Shown in pieces: positions 46,532 to 56,956 of a DNA stretch of 64,000 nt (position 1 is the first letter of the stretch; each line of letters opens with the position of its first letter). The notes beneath the pieces are model-generated. The model was given only the letters and a program-made list of their open reading frames with translations, searched no databases and was not told the DNA's origin. Location of the stretch: NCBI GenBank assembly GCA_000002435.2, contig CM018791.1; one strand, 5' to 3'. The position numbers were made by a program, and so were the translations under genes. The DNA is from Giardia intestinalis (taxonomy: Eukaryota).

Positions 46532-49483
46532 ATGGCATATTTAATTAAATGTTGCATCAAAGCTCTAAAAATGAAGCACAATTCTCCTTCTTGGGCGTTG
46601 AGCATCTTCGTAACCTGGGACAAGAACCGCGAGGCATGTCTGCAGGCGTTCAGCGATGAAGCTCTCAGCCGCATCGGCTCAAGTGATGTGTCTCAAGGGT
46701 ACCTGCTCTACCTCGAGAAGGTGAAGGACGTCTTCATTGAGCCATTCAGACTCAATGACAAGGTTACTAGCGTGCAACTGAAGGCTCTGCAGGAGTTTCC
46801 TCAGAGCGCATCTTCAAGCGGGCCGATCACAGTCCTGCAGGAGCCACGATTTGATATTTATGTCTCGAACTATCTTCAAAGCCTTGAATACACCCTGGAT
46901 CGCACATGCTTTAGCATTGATTCTTCTAAGATATGGCTCAAATACTACAAGGTCATTACAGCTCTAGCTGGCTGTCCTTGGAGGCACCAGAGCTCCTGCA
47001 TTGCTCTCCGAAAAGATCTGCTTCAGTGCATTTGTAAGCGGATCGTCTTGGATAATCCGACACTCTTCACTGACCTGTTCCAGGATAGGGTCTCGGCCGA
47101 ACTGGGACAGCCTCTGAGTGGCGTGGAGCTATACAACGCGTACAATAAGGTCTTGAGCATGGCCGTCAACTGTGAGCAGGTCCACGCTTCCTCGTTATAT
47201 TCTTTAACCGATATGTTTCGGGTCTTGTTGCATAGAGAGGACAAGGCACCGAGAAGTAGCAGAGTTCAAGGGAACCACCCTCTCGGTGTCTACCAAGCAT
47301 TTATCGCTTTATTCGACGAGACTACCAGCTTCTGCGCCACCAATGATATCTCAGACAGAATCACAGGCAGGTTTCTATACACACTGTACGAATCTGCTCT
47401 TTATTACCTAGGCAGGTTTCTTCCAGCCATCTACCTCGACATAGCTATCCGTATTTCTGGGCAGATTGTTTCCCCATCAATTATTCAGGAGCTATTCCAG
47501 CGTAGTGCGGCAGAGATTATCTTCGAGCGTCCAGTCCAAATCAAGAAGCCATTTGAAGACGCTGCAGACCTTGCGTGCAACATCCTGCAGCGCGGAGTCG
47601 CCATGCACCCAAAGGTAACCCTTTTGTATGTGAGTCTAATGGAGCTGTTGCGGCATCGCTCTTTAGAACACTATGGTTCGGCTGTCATTGCTCAGCTTTA
47701 CGACGAGTTGCTTCAGAAAGATGTGGACGCGTGTTGTGATATCACACAAGAAGCATTTGTGGCAACCAAATATATTCTTCGTTACACCCTTGAAACATCA
47801 GGTATTACTGCTATGATATCTCAGGTACAATTTATTTTGGAGCGCCAGATTGTTTTTAATACTGAGCTGTGGGACGCAGTGCTCTACATCATTTGCTCCT
47901 ACCTTGGGGATGCACAGGCTTTTTTGGCATTAACGTCGCATTATGATATACTAGGAATGCCGCTCATAGATTGCATCCTGAAAGATGTATATCGCTCAGT
48001 TTCACTTCTACAATTCCTTTGGCATACTGCGCACGCGTTTCTCAAGAAGGAGCTCCAGCTGGATTGCTATTTTAGAAGCCTGTGCAATGAGCACAATGTG
48101 TTCTCCTTCTGCTATCATGCCTTGAGTAGTAGCGATCTCTGTGATGCCAAAGGTTCGGTTGACGCCCTGCTCACTTCTCTAGTGACGCGCTTATCTGAGG
48201 GAGGACACGACAGCCCAGAGCGCAAGTCTTCCGTAGAGCTTGCCTATTCCTATAGTGTGATCACCTTGTTCCTTCTGTTACGTATTCATCTGGAGAAGCA
48301 CATCTTCAGCAGTGTTATGGATGACCTATCAAACTACAATGAGCAGGCCCAGCTATTAGAGGGCGTATTTGCGCCACTCGCGTACTGGAGCGGAGGTCAG
48401 CGGACAAAGTATACCGACCTTTCATCCTTCTGTCATCCGTCACCTCTTCTCCACTGCACATCAATACTGTCTCAGGACTTTGCCTTTTCATCTTGGGATG
48501 TCCATAATGCAATAGACCGTCTTCTTCTCTTCTTACGTGCTTCTCAGGATGGATTCAGCATTGTTGGTCTTCCGGCAACAGAGCCCCCGACGCCGGGCTC
48601 TCTCTTTTCTGATTCGTCCATGGCAACCCGGCTGAGTGGCTGCTCTCGACTTTGCATTCTTACCCGCGAGAGTGCAACGTCGTTCGTCGACGCTCGTTGC
48701 CTTGACCCTGCAAGCACTTATTTTTGCTTTGCGGCACTTTCACTTAGTGGCGCTACGGCGTCAGATACTGCGTTCAGGATGGCGGCCGGGCCTCAGGAGG
48801 GTGTTGTTGGCGCATTGGACTTTACACCCATTATTGCGCTGACAGCGGAGTCGCTCTCGGAGAGACCTGCAAATTTCATACTAAGCGGAGTCAACCCGGT
48901 GTTGGCAGACGCCGCATTGTTCCAGCAGCGATATCTGCCACTGTCTTCGCCATTTACTACGCCCGAGGTGTTTGGAATGAGCATCCGATCCATCAACGAC
49001 ATTGCGGTGCGTCCCGAGGCCCCACCGCCTGGAGTGCCTGCCAGACTTCTGTGTGGGGGCATCGCGAACCTTCAAGCGTACGATCGCCTTGTTAACAAAG
49101 ACACTGCTGAGCTCCAGCAGGAGGATCACGACGCAAGCCCCAAACAGAACACGCGGACTGTCCTGATTCATGGGCAAATTTCGCTCCCGGAGACCGTGGA
49201 GAAGAGGGTCGCCGCCGTCAGTAAGGCCGCTCTCCCGTTCACCACGCCTCTCGGGGTTGCGGCCTTCATCGAGAAGGTCTACGGGGAGAGCCCGACACAC
49301 CGGGTGCGGATCGACACGTGGAAGGTTCCTCTCCCAGACATCCGGTCTGTGTTCGACAAGGTCAAGCGGTACGACCCCGCGGGGGCGGTCCGAGAGGCGC
49401 CCCCGCACCTTCTCCAGCCGGTGGCGCAGCTGCCGACGAGCGAGCAGGCGGAGGCGGCCCTCGCCCTAGGCCCCACGGAGTAA
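46532..49483 (+). CDS. hypothetical protein (983 aa) with GC-rich C-terminal ~110 codons
   Basis: ATG verified at 46532. An alternative ATG at 46571 has a better AT-rich context (gctctaaaaATG). Composition shifts to GC-rich from ~49150. Confidence 0.55.
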   Translation: MAYLIKCCIKALKMKHNSPSWALSIFVTWDKNREACLQAFSDEALSRIGSSDVSQGYLLYLEKVKDVFIEPFRLNDKVTSVQLKALQEFPQSASSSGPITVLQEPRFDIYVSNYLQSLEYTLDRTCFSIDSSKIWLKYYKVITALAGCPWRHQSSCIALRKDLLQCICKRIVLDNPTLFTDLFQDRVSAELGQPLSGVELYNAYNKVLSMAVNCEQVHASSLYSLTDMFRVLLHREDKAPRSSRVQGNHPLGVYQAFIALFDETTSFCATNDISDRITGRFLYTLYESALYYLGRFLPAIYLDIAIRISGQIVSPSIIQELFQRSAAEIIFERPVQIKKPFEDAADLACNILQRGVAMHPKVTLLYVSLMELLRHRSLEHYGSAVIAQLYDELLQKDVDACCDITQEAFVATKYILRYTLETSGITAMISQVQFILERQIVFNTELWDAVLYIICSYLGDAQAFLALTSHYDILGMPLIDCILKDVYRSVSLLQFLWHTAHAFLKKELQLDCYFRSLCNEHNVFSFCYHALSSSDLCDAKGSVDALLTSLVTRLSEGGHDSPERKSSVELAYSYSVITLFLLLRIHLEKHIFSSVMDDLSNYNEQAQLLEGVFAPLAYWSGGQRTKYTDLSSFCHPSPLLHCTSILSQDFAFSSWDVHNAIDRLLLFLRASQDGFSIVGLPATEPPTPGSLFSDSSMATRLSGCSRLCILTRESATSFVDARCLDPASTYFCFAALSLSGATASDTAFRMAAGPQEGVVGALDFTPIIALTAESLSERPANFILSGVNPVLADAALFQQRYLPLSSPFTTPEVFGMSIRSINDIAVRPEAPPPGVPARLLCGGIANLQAYDRLVNKDTAELQQEDHDASPKQNTRTVLIHGQISLPETVEKRVAAVSKAALPFTTPLGVAAFIEKVYGESPTHRVRIDTWKVPLPDIRSVFDKVKRYDPAGAVREAPPHLLQPVAQLPTSEQAEAALALGPTE

Positions 49484-49536
49484 ACAAACAGAAAGAAGAA
49501 ATATCACGTGCATGCTGCTGCCTGGCCCTGACGTGT

Positions 49537-49610
49537 GGCGTTGTAGCGCAGTGGTCCAGCGCATCGGGCTCATAACTCGAGGGTCGGAGGTTCGATCCCT
49601 CCCGACGCCA
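49537..49610 (+). tRNA. tRNA-Met (anticodon CAU), elongator type
   Basis: Cloverleaf folded by hand. Acceptor GGCGUUG/CGACGCC has 7 bp including one G-U. D-arm GCGC-AGTGGTCCA-GCGC. Anticodon stem UCGGG/CUCGA with loop CU-CAU-AA. Variable loop GGGTC. T-arm GGAGG-TTCGATC-CCTCC. Discriminator A, with no encoded CCA. G1:C72 and the lack of three G:C pairs at the base of the anticodon stem argue against an initiator. Confidence 0.85.
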
Positions 49611-49613
49611 TGT

Positions 49614-51092
49614 TTACTCCCCGGGCCGACGGAGGTCTGCGAGCGCAGCCGCGGTGGCCCGCCGGTGCTCCTCGAGGCCTTTTTCAAGCGCGGCGCAGCG
49701 GGCGGCAAGGCTCTCAAGCCCCTCCTGGATGCCGGCGACGCTCCCCCGGAGCCGGGCCCCGCGCTCGTCTGCGGCTGCGAGCCCGCCCCGCAACACCTCG
49801 AGCTCTCCTCTGAGCTCTGCAACGGCGGCCTCCAGAGGAGAAGGTTCGTCTGCACGTAGGGGATGGAGGGTGTACGAGCCCTCTGCGATCATCTTTGTGA
49901 CTGAGGGAGGCCGTACCGGAAGCACGCGGTCTGAAAGCCTGGGGTGTGGCTCAGATTGAGTGGGAGACGATAGCTCCACAGTGGGGGCGGGAATCTGCAC
50001 AGAGATTTCCGAGAGAGGCTCTATGGGCGCAAGCGGAAGCGTGGCGGATCGGGAAACTGATGAGCTTGCCGTGGAGAAGATCTCGAAGTCATTCTCGATG
50101 ACCTTGTAACCAGTTGTCTTGACCACGTCTAGCAAACCAGAGCTGTGTCTATATACCTTTCGCCCAGTAGAGGGGGACGAGGGTATAGGAGCCTGCTCAT
50201 GTCTAGGCAGAGGGGTTTTCTCCTTCTTCACAGGGCTACCTCGTGTGCATTCAGAGGGTCGAATGTCCTGCAGCGTAAGTGGTCCTTGAGATGTCCACGG
50301 AGACTGCTCCAACAGCGAAGGCAAGTTGGCTGGCAATTCGACACTGGCATCGTTTGAGAGAAGGACCCTATCTTCCCAGACAATAAGGCACGCATGCGTC
50401 TTAGGAACCTCGTTGAAGGGCGAAGGGAAGACTTGCGTATGTGCTGTTTGAGAGTTATACACAAATAGGAGGTTTTTAAGATTGTGATGGTAGAGAAGGA
50501 GGACATACTTGCTCCTATAGACAAAGCCGAAGAAGAAGTCGTCGCACTTAGGCTGGTCCATCACTATGTTGCGCAACGAGAATGCTTTCCTATCCGACAA
50601 GAGCTTCTTGACAGTGATGTACTTTCCACGGTGGTCAAACCTAAATCCAAACAACAGCAGAGAGTTGCTGACCGTACAGCTGAATAGTGGGTATACGTTG
50701 ACGACACAACCCTGAGTGATTATTGCACGCTTTGAGGTATCATAGACGTAGGGCCGGCATTCCGTAATGACAGGCTTCTTTCCTTCAGAGCCCACGAGGA
50801 ATAAGTAGAGCCGCGATCGATAAAAGGTCATCGTGCCTGCCTCTGCCGCAGGTCCAGTCGCCAGATGCTCCACATCTGTATCCACGCGCATATGAAATAA
50901 ATTCCCGGTCGCGGGGTGGTAAATATAAGCTGTAGATGACGAGGAAGTGACAAGAAGGGTTGACGAATGCACACCTAGGAGCGCAGAGGGTATGCGCTTA
51001 TACGTCGCTTCCCATTGTCCAGTCCGATTATAGCGAGAAAGAATCGAGCAGCGATTATTCAATGAGTATAGGGTATTCTCTACGCAGAACAT
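49614..51092 (-). CDS. kelch-like beta-propeller protein with GC-rich C-terminal coiled coil, hypothetical
   Basis: ATG verified at 51090-51092. Repeated hydrophobic-strand motifs (YRSRLYLFLVG, GFVYRSKYVLLLYHHN, ACLIVWEDRVLLSN). The C-terminal 80 aa form an Ala/Leu/Glu/Arg heptad-rich, GC-rich region. The stop lies 3 nt from the tRNA 3' end. Confidence 0.45.
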   Translation of the reverse strand: MFCVENTLYSLNNRCSILSRYNRTGQWEATYKRIPSALLGVHSSTLLVTSSSSTAYIYHPATGNLFHMRVDTDVEHLATGPAAEAGTMTFYRSRLYLFLVGSEGKKPVITECRPYVYDTSKRAIITQGCVVNVYPLFSCTVSNSLLLFGFRFDHRGKYITVKKLLSDRKAFSLRNIVMDQPKCDDFFFGFVYRSKYVLLLYHHNLKNLLFVYNSQTAHTQVFPSPFNEVPKTHACLIVWEDRVLLSNDASVELPANLPSLLEQSPWTSQGPLTLQDIRPSECTRGSPVKKEKTPLPRHEQAPIPSSPSTGRKVYRHSSGLLDVVKTTGYKVIENDFEIFSTASSSVSRSATLPLAPIEPLSEISVQIPAPTVELSSPTQSEPHPRLSDRVLPVRPPSVTKMIAEGSYTLHPLRADEPSPLEAAVAELRGELEVLRGGLAAADERGARLRGSVAGIQEGLESLAARCAALEKGLEEHRRATAAALADLRRPGE

Positions 51093-51155
51093 GGAGCTGA
51101 TAAGGGCCCTGGAGCGGCGGACGGCTAGGTGTGGCTCTTAAAAAATCGGTAATCT

Positions 51156-54100
51156 ATGTCTTTCACAGATGCATTCTCCATGAATATAGAACCATATAGT
51201 AGCTTTGGACACTCTTCCATAGCATCTCCATTCTCATTTGCAGCCGATGAGTACACAGTTGGCTTTCTTATGGCCAGGTTTCTTGTGCTATTTTGCATTC
51301 CCCTACAAGAATACAAGTATATCCCATTGCCGGCAACCGTTGTAGAGCTTCGGGCTGTCTATCCTAACCATACTGGGGAGTATTTGTGCCTGGTTGAAGT
51401 CAATGAACAACACCAGGTTCAGCTCTCCATCTACCACTTACTGCGCACTGAGCGAGTGAGCACAATACTTCTCTCCGGCGTGGCCAGTGAAATGGTTAGC
51501 CAGGACGATGAATCTATAGAGCTGCAGCTTCCAACCAGTGTTCACTTTTCAGTTACATCCCGCGTTATCGCCGTGCAAATGCCCTTTCCAACATCTTCTC
51601 TCCTCATCATTAACTGGCAACGAGGAACAACAGAGTCGATTACTCTACCAGACAACACAGAGTTTCTTTCTCTGTGCCCCTTCTCAGGGACTGCCATGAT
51701 AAGCGTCCTCTCTAATCAGACGATTCGTCTTTGGCGTTCCATAGACGGAGCATTTAAGGATTTTACTCCGACAAAAATGCGGGCTTCCATTCCTACGCAA
51801 CCGGTTCTTCTTCCCAATGGCACAGAAGCAACTGTGTCCGTCAGGGGCTGCTTCTGGATGGGTAGTAGCCTCAGTGCAGCCATTACAAATCTTGGGGATG
51901 TGCTGATCTTTGCTGGGCCGTCCTTTATAGGGGCTATCCCAGTGGCCAGAGCAAGAGCAGAGGTCTCTCTCTTCAAAGAATTCAAGAGCAACGAATATTA
52001 TACTATCTATGGACAGGTGACCGCTCACTGTGTTCACAATAACCTCCTCATTATAGGCACAGACCTTGGAGAGCTTGTCTGCATAGAGTTTTGTCTTAAC
52101 TTAGAGGCAAATATGCGTCCGACATCGGGCACCCAGTCACATGCTCAAGAACAAGTTCCCTCAAAGAACCCTTATTCCATGGAGGCTACCGTACCCGTGG
52201 ACGATGAAGCAGATATAGACATCAGTTTGCCGTTCGTCAGTCAGTTTAAACAACCGAGTGCAGAGGCTGAAGAGGAAACGGGTCCGTTAGATATCATGGA
52301 GCTGGCTACGCTATTTTCGAAAACGTCATGCATAAGCCTTGGCGGATCGCAGGTTGCTGTTTATCCACACAAGGTACTCGGACTGTCCATCATTTCAAAT
52401 ACTGAAATATCAAACATAAGCTGTGCCACCCCCGAGTATGCACTTATAGAGACAGCAAGTAGTACTATGCATATCTGGCCCCTGAACTTCAATAATGTGC
52501 TGGTAATAGACAAAACTACACTCTCGCTAGTGCAGAAGAGTATCTCAAGCGCGTTTGGAGGTTGCTTTTCCAAGAAAAGGAAGGACGGACTAAGTTGTAC
52601 AGAGGCCGTCTTTCGTCCAAGAATGGCATTTACCGATGAAGTAGAGAAGGAGAGGCGGTCACTTGTTGATTCCATCAATGAATATATGAGCCAGCAAAGT
52701 GAGGTGGCTGTTGAGAAGTTTTACGAACTTATCAGCAGCGAGCTGGACCTTGAAATTCACAGCCTTACATTGGCTAGCGATGACGCCGTGATAGATACTG
52801 CTGGGATACAGTATCTGATTACTCTCCAGGGTATATTAGAGATCGTACGTGAGGATGCGCCTTTTTCCATTAAACGCGACACTCTATTATCACTAGTACC
52901 AAGCTCCACCACTACTCAGCCAGAGGCCCAACCAGTAAAGCAGCCATCTGATGCTGGTACTCAGAGTAGTGATGTCTCGCAACGGAAAAGTGGTTCCTTA
53001 GAGGAGGTATCAGAGATCCAAACTGCCATTGGTACACTGTTGCAGGGTATCACTAAGAAGTTAACTGATACTGGTGCTGGAGCAGTTGCTGATTCCACGC
53101 AGCTACCCACTGCAGACGTGCCTAGTTCTTCCAAGGACTCGGAAGAATGCGTCGACAATGTCCCCCTTCGGGCGATAATGAACGATGCTGATGTCGACTC
53201 CAACTCGTATCTGAACCGCTTTACCTCCATACAGCTCTGGAGTCAGCTCCTTCAAGGGTTTCCAGTTCCCAGCCTTCCTCCACCAAGTGTGTTTCAGCAA
53301 CTTTGTGGTCCACGGGCCACCCTCGCTGAAAAGAGTCTTTTGCGGCCAGGAGCTCGTGTAGGGCCTCCACTGCCTATGAATTTTGGGAAGCTTACCTGTA
53401 TGGACGCCAGCAGTGTCTGTGACATATATATTGTAGGAAGTTCAGAAGGATATATATATGCTGGTCGCACGTCCACAGGCAAGCTCTTCGCCTATCGGAA
53501 GTTCCGCAGTGCTATTCAGGGGCTCAAGCTCTATCCAAACGGATTATTCGGGGTAGCACAGTATAACGACGGCCTGGGAATATTCGTCATCAACGATCAC
53601 GATATCCTTGAGTCAATCTTCTTCACAGAGTCCGGCATACGTCAATTTGCACTATCCCATGGTGGGGGATACCTGGCTGCCAGCATAGAGTCAGATAAGC
53701 GACAAGCCGTACGGATCAGAAGTTTGGAGGGGTTTGATATTATTGCAGAGCTCTCTGTCTCCCAGTCCCCATTGGTACACCTGGAGTTTGTCCCTGGTGA
53801 CACCATGCTTATAATAGTCGAGAGAGATGGACTAGTTTCTGGGTATAGTCTGTTTACAAAGCAACGGTTGTTTGATTGCAAGCTGCGTGGAGTATGCCTG
53901 ACTTCTGCTGCAATCGCTATTGGGCGGCAGATTCCAGGTGACGCTATAGGACAGGCTTCCATGTATGGTATTTTAAACAAGGAGGAAGATGCTGCGCTCC
54001 ACGATGAATCTCTTGTACCACCGGCTCCGGGAAAACTTGCTACCACAAGCTTGCAGCAGATGAGGACAGCGCTTACAGACGAGACCCAGCTGCCCTATGA

Positions 54101-56675
54101 TATGCTGATTAAGCACGGGTCAGTGATTGACTCTGTGTGTTATGAACCTATTGTGGTTCTCTGCTATGATATTAGCGGCAGAGTTTACGAGGTGATCTCC
54201 AACAGGATCCTTCATGAGCTGCAATCCCCAGAACCCTTCACTGTCAACCTACTAGCGCTGGTTCCTCCTCCTGTCTCCAACGAAATCCTGATGTCTAACT
54301 GCTACATTGAAAAATTGGTTAAGATTAATCAAACCTCTGAAATAGAAGCTGCTATGCCTGTTGTGACAACCGCTACAGGCGCCATTTTTGGTATTGATCA
54401 GGAGGAGCTGATCGTCAAAGGTGAGGATGCAGAAGTAATTAGTGCACCAATTGACACAAAAATGGACTATTATGCGCACCATTCTACCACTCATGAGATA
54501 GCAGAGACGAACCTTGAGAATGCCCTTATTGATGCAGCCGGAGATATAGAGGCCATCACAGCCGAGCACTTGGAAGCCCGCCTCAACCAGAGTAAGAAGG
54601 ACTATTATATGGGGACAATAACGTCGACTAGTAACGACTCTGTTCTGCCGGAAACTCAGGGATTGGTGGACAGCATTATCAAGATGTCATCCAGGCTTTA
54701 CTCACAACGTCCTGTCTCTCTTTCCGAGCCAGAGTGCCAATTTGTTTTGGGGTTTACCGCTAACGGATGGATTACGGCCTTTGATTGGCCGTTCCGAATT
54801 CCGAAGGCAATCTACCGACGGAGATTGCATGGCTCGGATATCACTGCTGCAAAGCTTATTAGAGGCAGCACCTTGTTTACTCTGAGCGCAGACGAACTCA
54901 TCATTTCACACATTCGCTTCCTCATTCCTGCTAGCTCCATATTTTCCGGAGCAGATAAGTCGCAGCATTTTCGGATGCTGAAGTCAGCGTTTCAAGCCGA
55001 TGACGGCCTAGAGTCTTTGTTGCTAAAGCTTCCAATCACACAGTATCTGCCTGTAATGCCCTTTGACCATTGTTCAAGGACTGTGGCATACGGATCCAAC
55101 TTAGATAGCAAGTTCTTTAACATGCTTGTTAATGCAGCTGACATTTGGGTTTCAACAGACTATCGCGCTTCTCTCATCAAAGAAGCCACCAGAGACAAGG
55201 CAGGAAAGATCACAGCAAAGTTATCCCACATGAAGGCGACTATAGCGTCCGCGATTCAGCAACTAGACCAACAAAATTCTGGAGGTGATCAGGAAAATAG
55301 CAAAATGGAGGTAGAGTTTGATACAGACCACGAGCATGCCTTGGTGGAGACTCAGGAGAGATATCAGACGCGGATAGAACAGATTCGCAAGGATATTGCC
55401 GACCTGGAGCAAATGCTGAAAAATGAGGCCGAGCGATATGAGTCGTCCCGCTCCTCGCTTCAGAAGCGCTTTGAGAGCATCATTAATTACGAAGAAACCA
55501 TGCGAATGGCGACAGTTGCAAATCTAAACGCACAGATAGATCAGCAGGACCAAGCACTCAGTAAAATAGAAGCGGCATATAACGAAGAACTCCGTCAAAT
55601 AGACGACGAGCGGAGGGAGGCGTTGAAGGCTGTGGAGCAGATAGGGGAAACAGCGGTTGAGCGGGAGAAGAACGCCTCGGCGACTCTCCGGGGCTGGGAG
55701 AGTATGCAGAGGCGTCGTATAGCGACTATTATAGGCCAAGGACATCAGCTCAGTGCAGAGTATGACATGGAGGTCAAGAAAGCCCAGAAGTATAATGAGG
55801 AGCTAGCTAAAGTGATGGCAGACATCGAGGCAACAAGAAAAGTCCTGCAGAAGAAGGATGAACAGGTCGCCTTCGAGGAACGGAAGATCTACGACTTAAA
55901 CAAGGATATTAAGCGCCTGGGAAAAACGCAGTTTGTGCTGACGAACCAGATCTCAGAGCTCAAAGCAGAGATCCACCCCAGAGATGAGCTGATTAGTGAC
56001 ATGCGGGAGCGCGTAGACGGGCTCTCCGGGAAACTGGAGGACCTTAGCCATCAGTGGGACACCATCACAAATACTCTTGATGCAGAACAGGCAGCGGTAA
56101 AGGAGCTGACGACACAAATAGGCGAGGAAACCCGACGCTTGCGGTCTCGAGAGCGTGCTCTTGAAAATCTCAAGAAAGACATCATAGTTCTTGTGACAGA
56201 GAACAACCCCGGCGAGTGGATGGCTCGGCTGAAGGCCCTCTGGAAAAAATACCAAGCTTTCCACGACGATATCTCCAAGTCGGTGAGGGCCGCATCCAAA
56301 GCTTATGATAGCGACTCCACGGTGGCCAATGAACTCATAGAACACAAGGGTTATCTCAATAGTCGCATTGACGACCTGTACGCCGAGCTGAAAAAGGGCT
56401 CTCGCAACTTTACAACTGCTCAGGCCTTCTGCCTTGACGAGAATAGCGCTCTGTTAACAGAGTCGCACAGGTTGCGAGATGAGAACATTTCTCTGAAAAC
56501 ACAGCTCCAGCGGGTTGTTGCAATGCTCGAGGAGATCCGCCTCAATGAGCTGAGCGTCCAGACCCAGCGTCGCATGCGAGAGCGCGCGGCCTCGCAGAAC
56601 CGGTCGCCCTCCCTATCGGAGAAAGGCAAGTCGAGCAGTCACCCTACCGGAGAGAGGCTTTCAGTGGAGCAGTGA
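51156..56675 (+). CDS. large protein (1839 aa): N-terminal beta-propeller-like region plus ~500-aa C-terminal coiled coil, possibly a flagellar CFAP43/44-like protein
   Basis: ATG verified at 51156 (cttaaaaaatcggtaatctATG). The C-terminal third is continuous heptad coiled coil. The N-terminal two-thirds have a WD-like periodicity. The family call is a guess. Confidence 0.55.
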   Translation: MSFTDAFSMNIEPYSSFGHSSIASPFSFAADEYTVGFLMARFLVLFCIPLQEYKYIPLPATVVELRAVYPNHTGEYLCLVEVNEQHQVQLSIYHLLRTERVSTILLSGVASEMVSQDDESIELQLPTSVHFSVTSRVIAVQMPFPTSSLLIINWQRGTTESITLPDNTEFLSLCPFSGTAMISVLSNQTIRLWRSIDGAFKDFTPTKMRASIPTQPVLLPNGTEATVSVRGCFWMGSSLSAAITNLGDVLIFAGPSFIGAIPVARARAEVSLFKEFKSNEYYTIYGQVTAHCVHNNLLIIGTDLGELVCIEFCLNLEANMRPTSGTQSHAQEQVPSKNPYSMEATVPVDDEADIDISLPFVSQFKQPSAEAEEETGPLDIMELATLFSKTSCISLGGSQVAVYPHKVLGLSIISNTEISNISCATPEYALIETASSTMHIWPLNFNNVLVIDKTTLSLVQKSISSAFGGCFSKKRKDGLSCTEAVFRPRMAFTDEVEKERRSLVDSINEYMSQQSEVAVEKFYELISSELDLEIHSLTLASDDAVIDTAGIQYLITLQGILEIVREDAPFSIKRDTLLSLVPSSTTTQPEAQPVKQPSDAGTQSSDVSQRKSGSLEEVSEIQTAIGTLLQGITKKLTDTGAGAVADSTQLPTADVPSSSKDSEECVDNVPLRAIMNDADVDSNSYLNRFTSIQLWSQLLQGFPVPSLPPPSVFQQLCGPRATLAEKSLLRPGARVGPPLPMNFGKLTCMDASSVCDIYIVGSSEGYIYAGRTSTGKLFAYRKFRSAIQGLKLYPNGLFGVAQYNDGLGIFVINDHDILESIFFTESGIRQFALSHGGGYLAASIESDKRQAVRIRSLEGFDIIAELSVSQSPLVHLEFVPGDTMLIIVERDGLVSGYSLFTKQRLFDCKLRGVCLTSAAIAIGRQIPGDAIGQASMYGILNKEEDAALHDESLVPPAPGKLATTSLQQMRTALTDETQLPYDMLIKHGSVIDSVCYEPIVVLCYDISGRVYEVISNRILHELQSPEPFTVNLLALVPPPVSNEILMSNCYIEKLVKINQTSEIEAAMPVVTTATGAIFGIDQEELIVKGEDAEVISAPIDTKMDYYAHHSTTHEIAETNLENALIDAAGDIEAITAEHLEARLNQSKKDYYMGTITSTSNDSVLPETQGLVDSIIKMSSRLYSQRPVSLSEPECQFVLGFTANGWITAFDWPFRIPKAIYRRRLHGSDITAAKLIRGSTLFTLSADELIISHIRFLIPASSIFSGADKSQHFRMLKSAFQADDGLESLLLKLPITQYLPVMPFDHCSRTVAYGSNLDSKFFNMLVNAADIWVSTDYRASLIKEATRDKAGKITAKLSHMKATIASAIQQLDQQNSGGDQENSKMEVEFDTDHEHALVETQERYQTRIEQIRKDIADLEQMLKNEAERYESSRSSLQKRFESIINYEETMRMATVANLNAQIDQQDQALSKIEAAYNEELRQIDDERREALKAVEQIGETAVEREKNASATLRGWESMQRRRIATIIGQGHQLSAEYDMEVKKAQKYNEELAKVMADIEATRKVLQKKDEQVAFEERKIYDLNKDIKRLGKTQFVLTNQISELKAEIHPRDELISDMRERVDGLSGKLEDLSHQWDTITNTLDAEQAAVKELTTQIGEETRRLRSRERALENLKKDIIVLVTENNPGEWMARLKALWKKYQAFHDDISKSVRAASKAYDSDSTVANELIEHKGYLNSRIDDLYAELKKGSRNFTTAQAFCLDENSALLTESHRLRDENISLKTQLQRVVAMLEEIRLNELSVQTQRRMRERAASQNRSPSLSEKGKSSSHPTGERLSVEQ

Positions 56676-56956
56676 TTTATGGGCAGAGGCCCACGTAGCC
56701 TGTGGGGTCGATCTGATTAAAAGAGGATACGTAAAATAACGTTAAGTATATTAAAATTAAACCTATCAATTGAGTGTTGATTTGCAGATTGGCGCAGAAT
56801 AATAGAACTTTGTATTCTAAGTATATACGTAAAAATCTTGGGATAGAAGCAAAATAACTTGCTGTTCTCTGATGTTAGAGAAGCTTGTGCAAAACGGCTT
56901 CAACATATTAGTTGCCTCGTTTTTGTAGTGTAAATAAACTACAGCTCATTCTTAGA

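Noticed and set aside
49537-49610. Initiator tRNA-Met interpretation
   Set aside because: It has a G1:C72 pair and only two G:C pairs at the base of the anticodon stem. Eukaryotic initiators typically have A1:U72 and three consecutive G:C pairs. I call it elongator Met.
49170-49860. ORFs 49170..49469, 49318..49575, 49466..49855, 49512..49859 and 49610..49813 around the tRNA
   Set aside because: They are Arg/Pro/Gly-rich chance ORFs in the GC-rich patch, overlapping the genuine C-termini of the two convergent genes and the tRNA.
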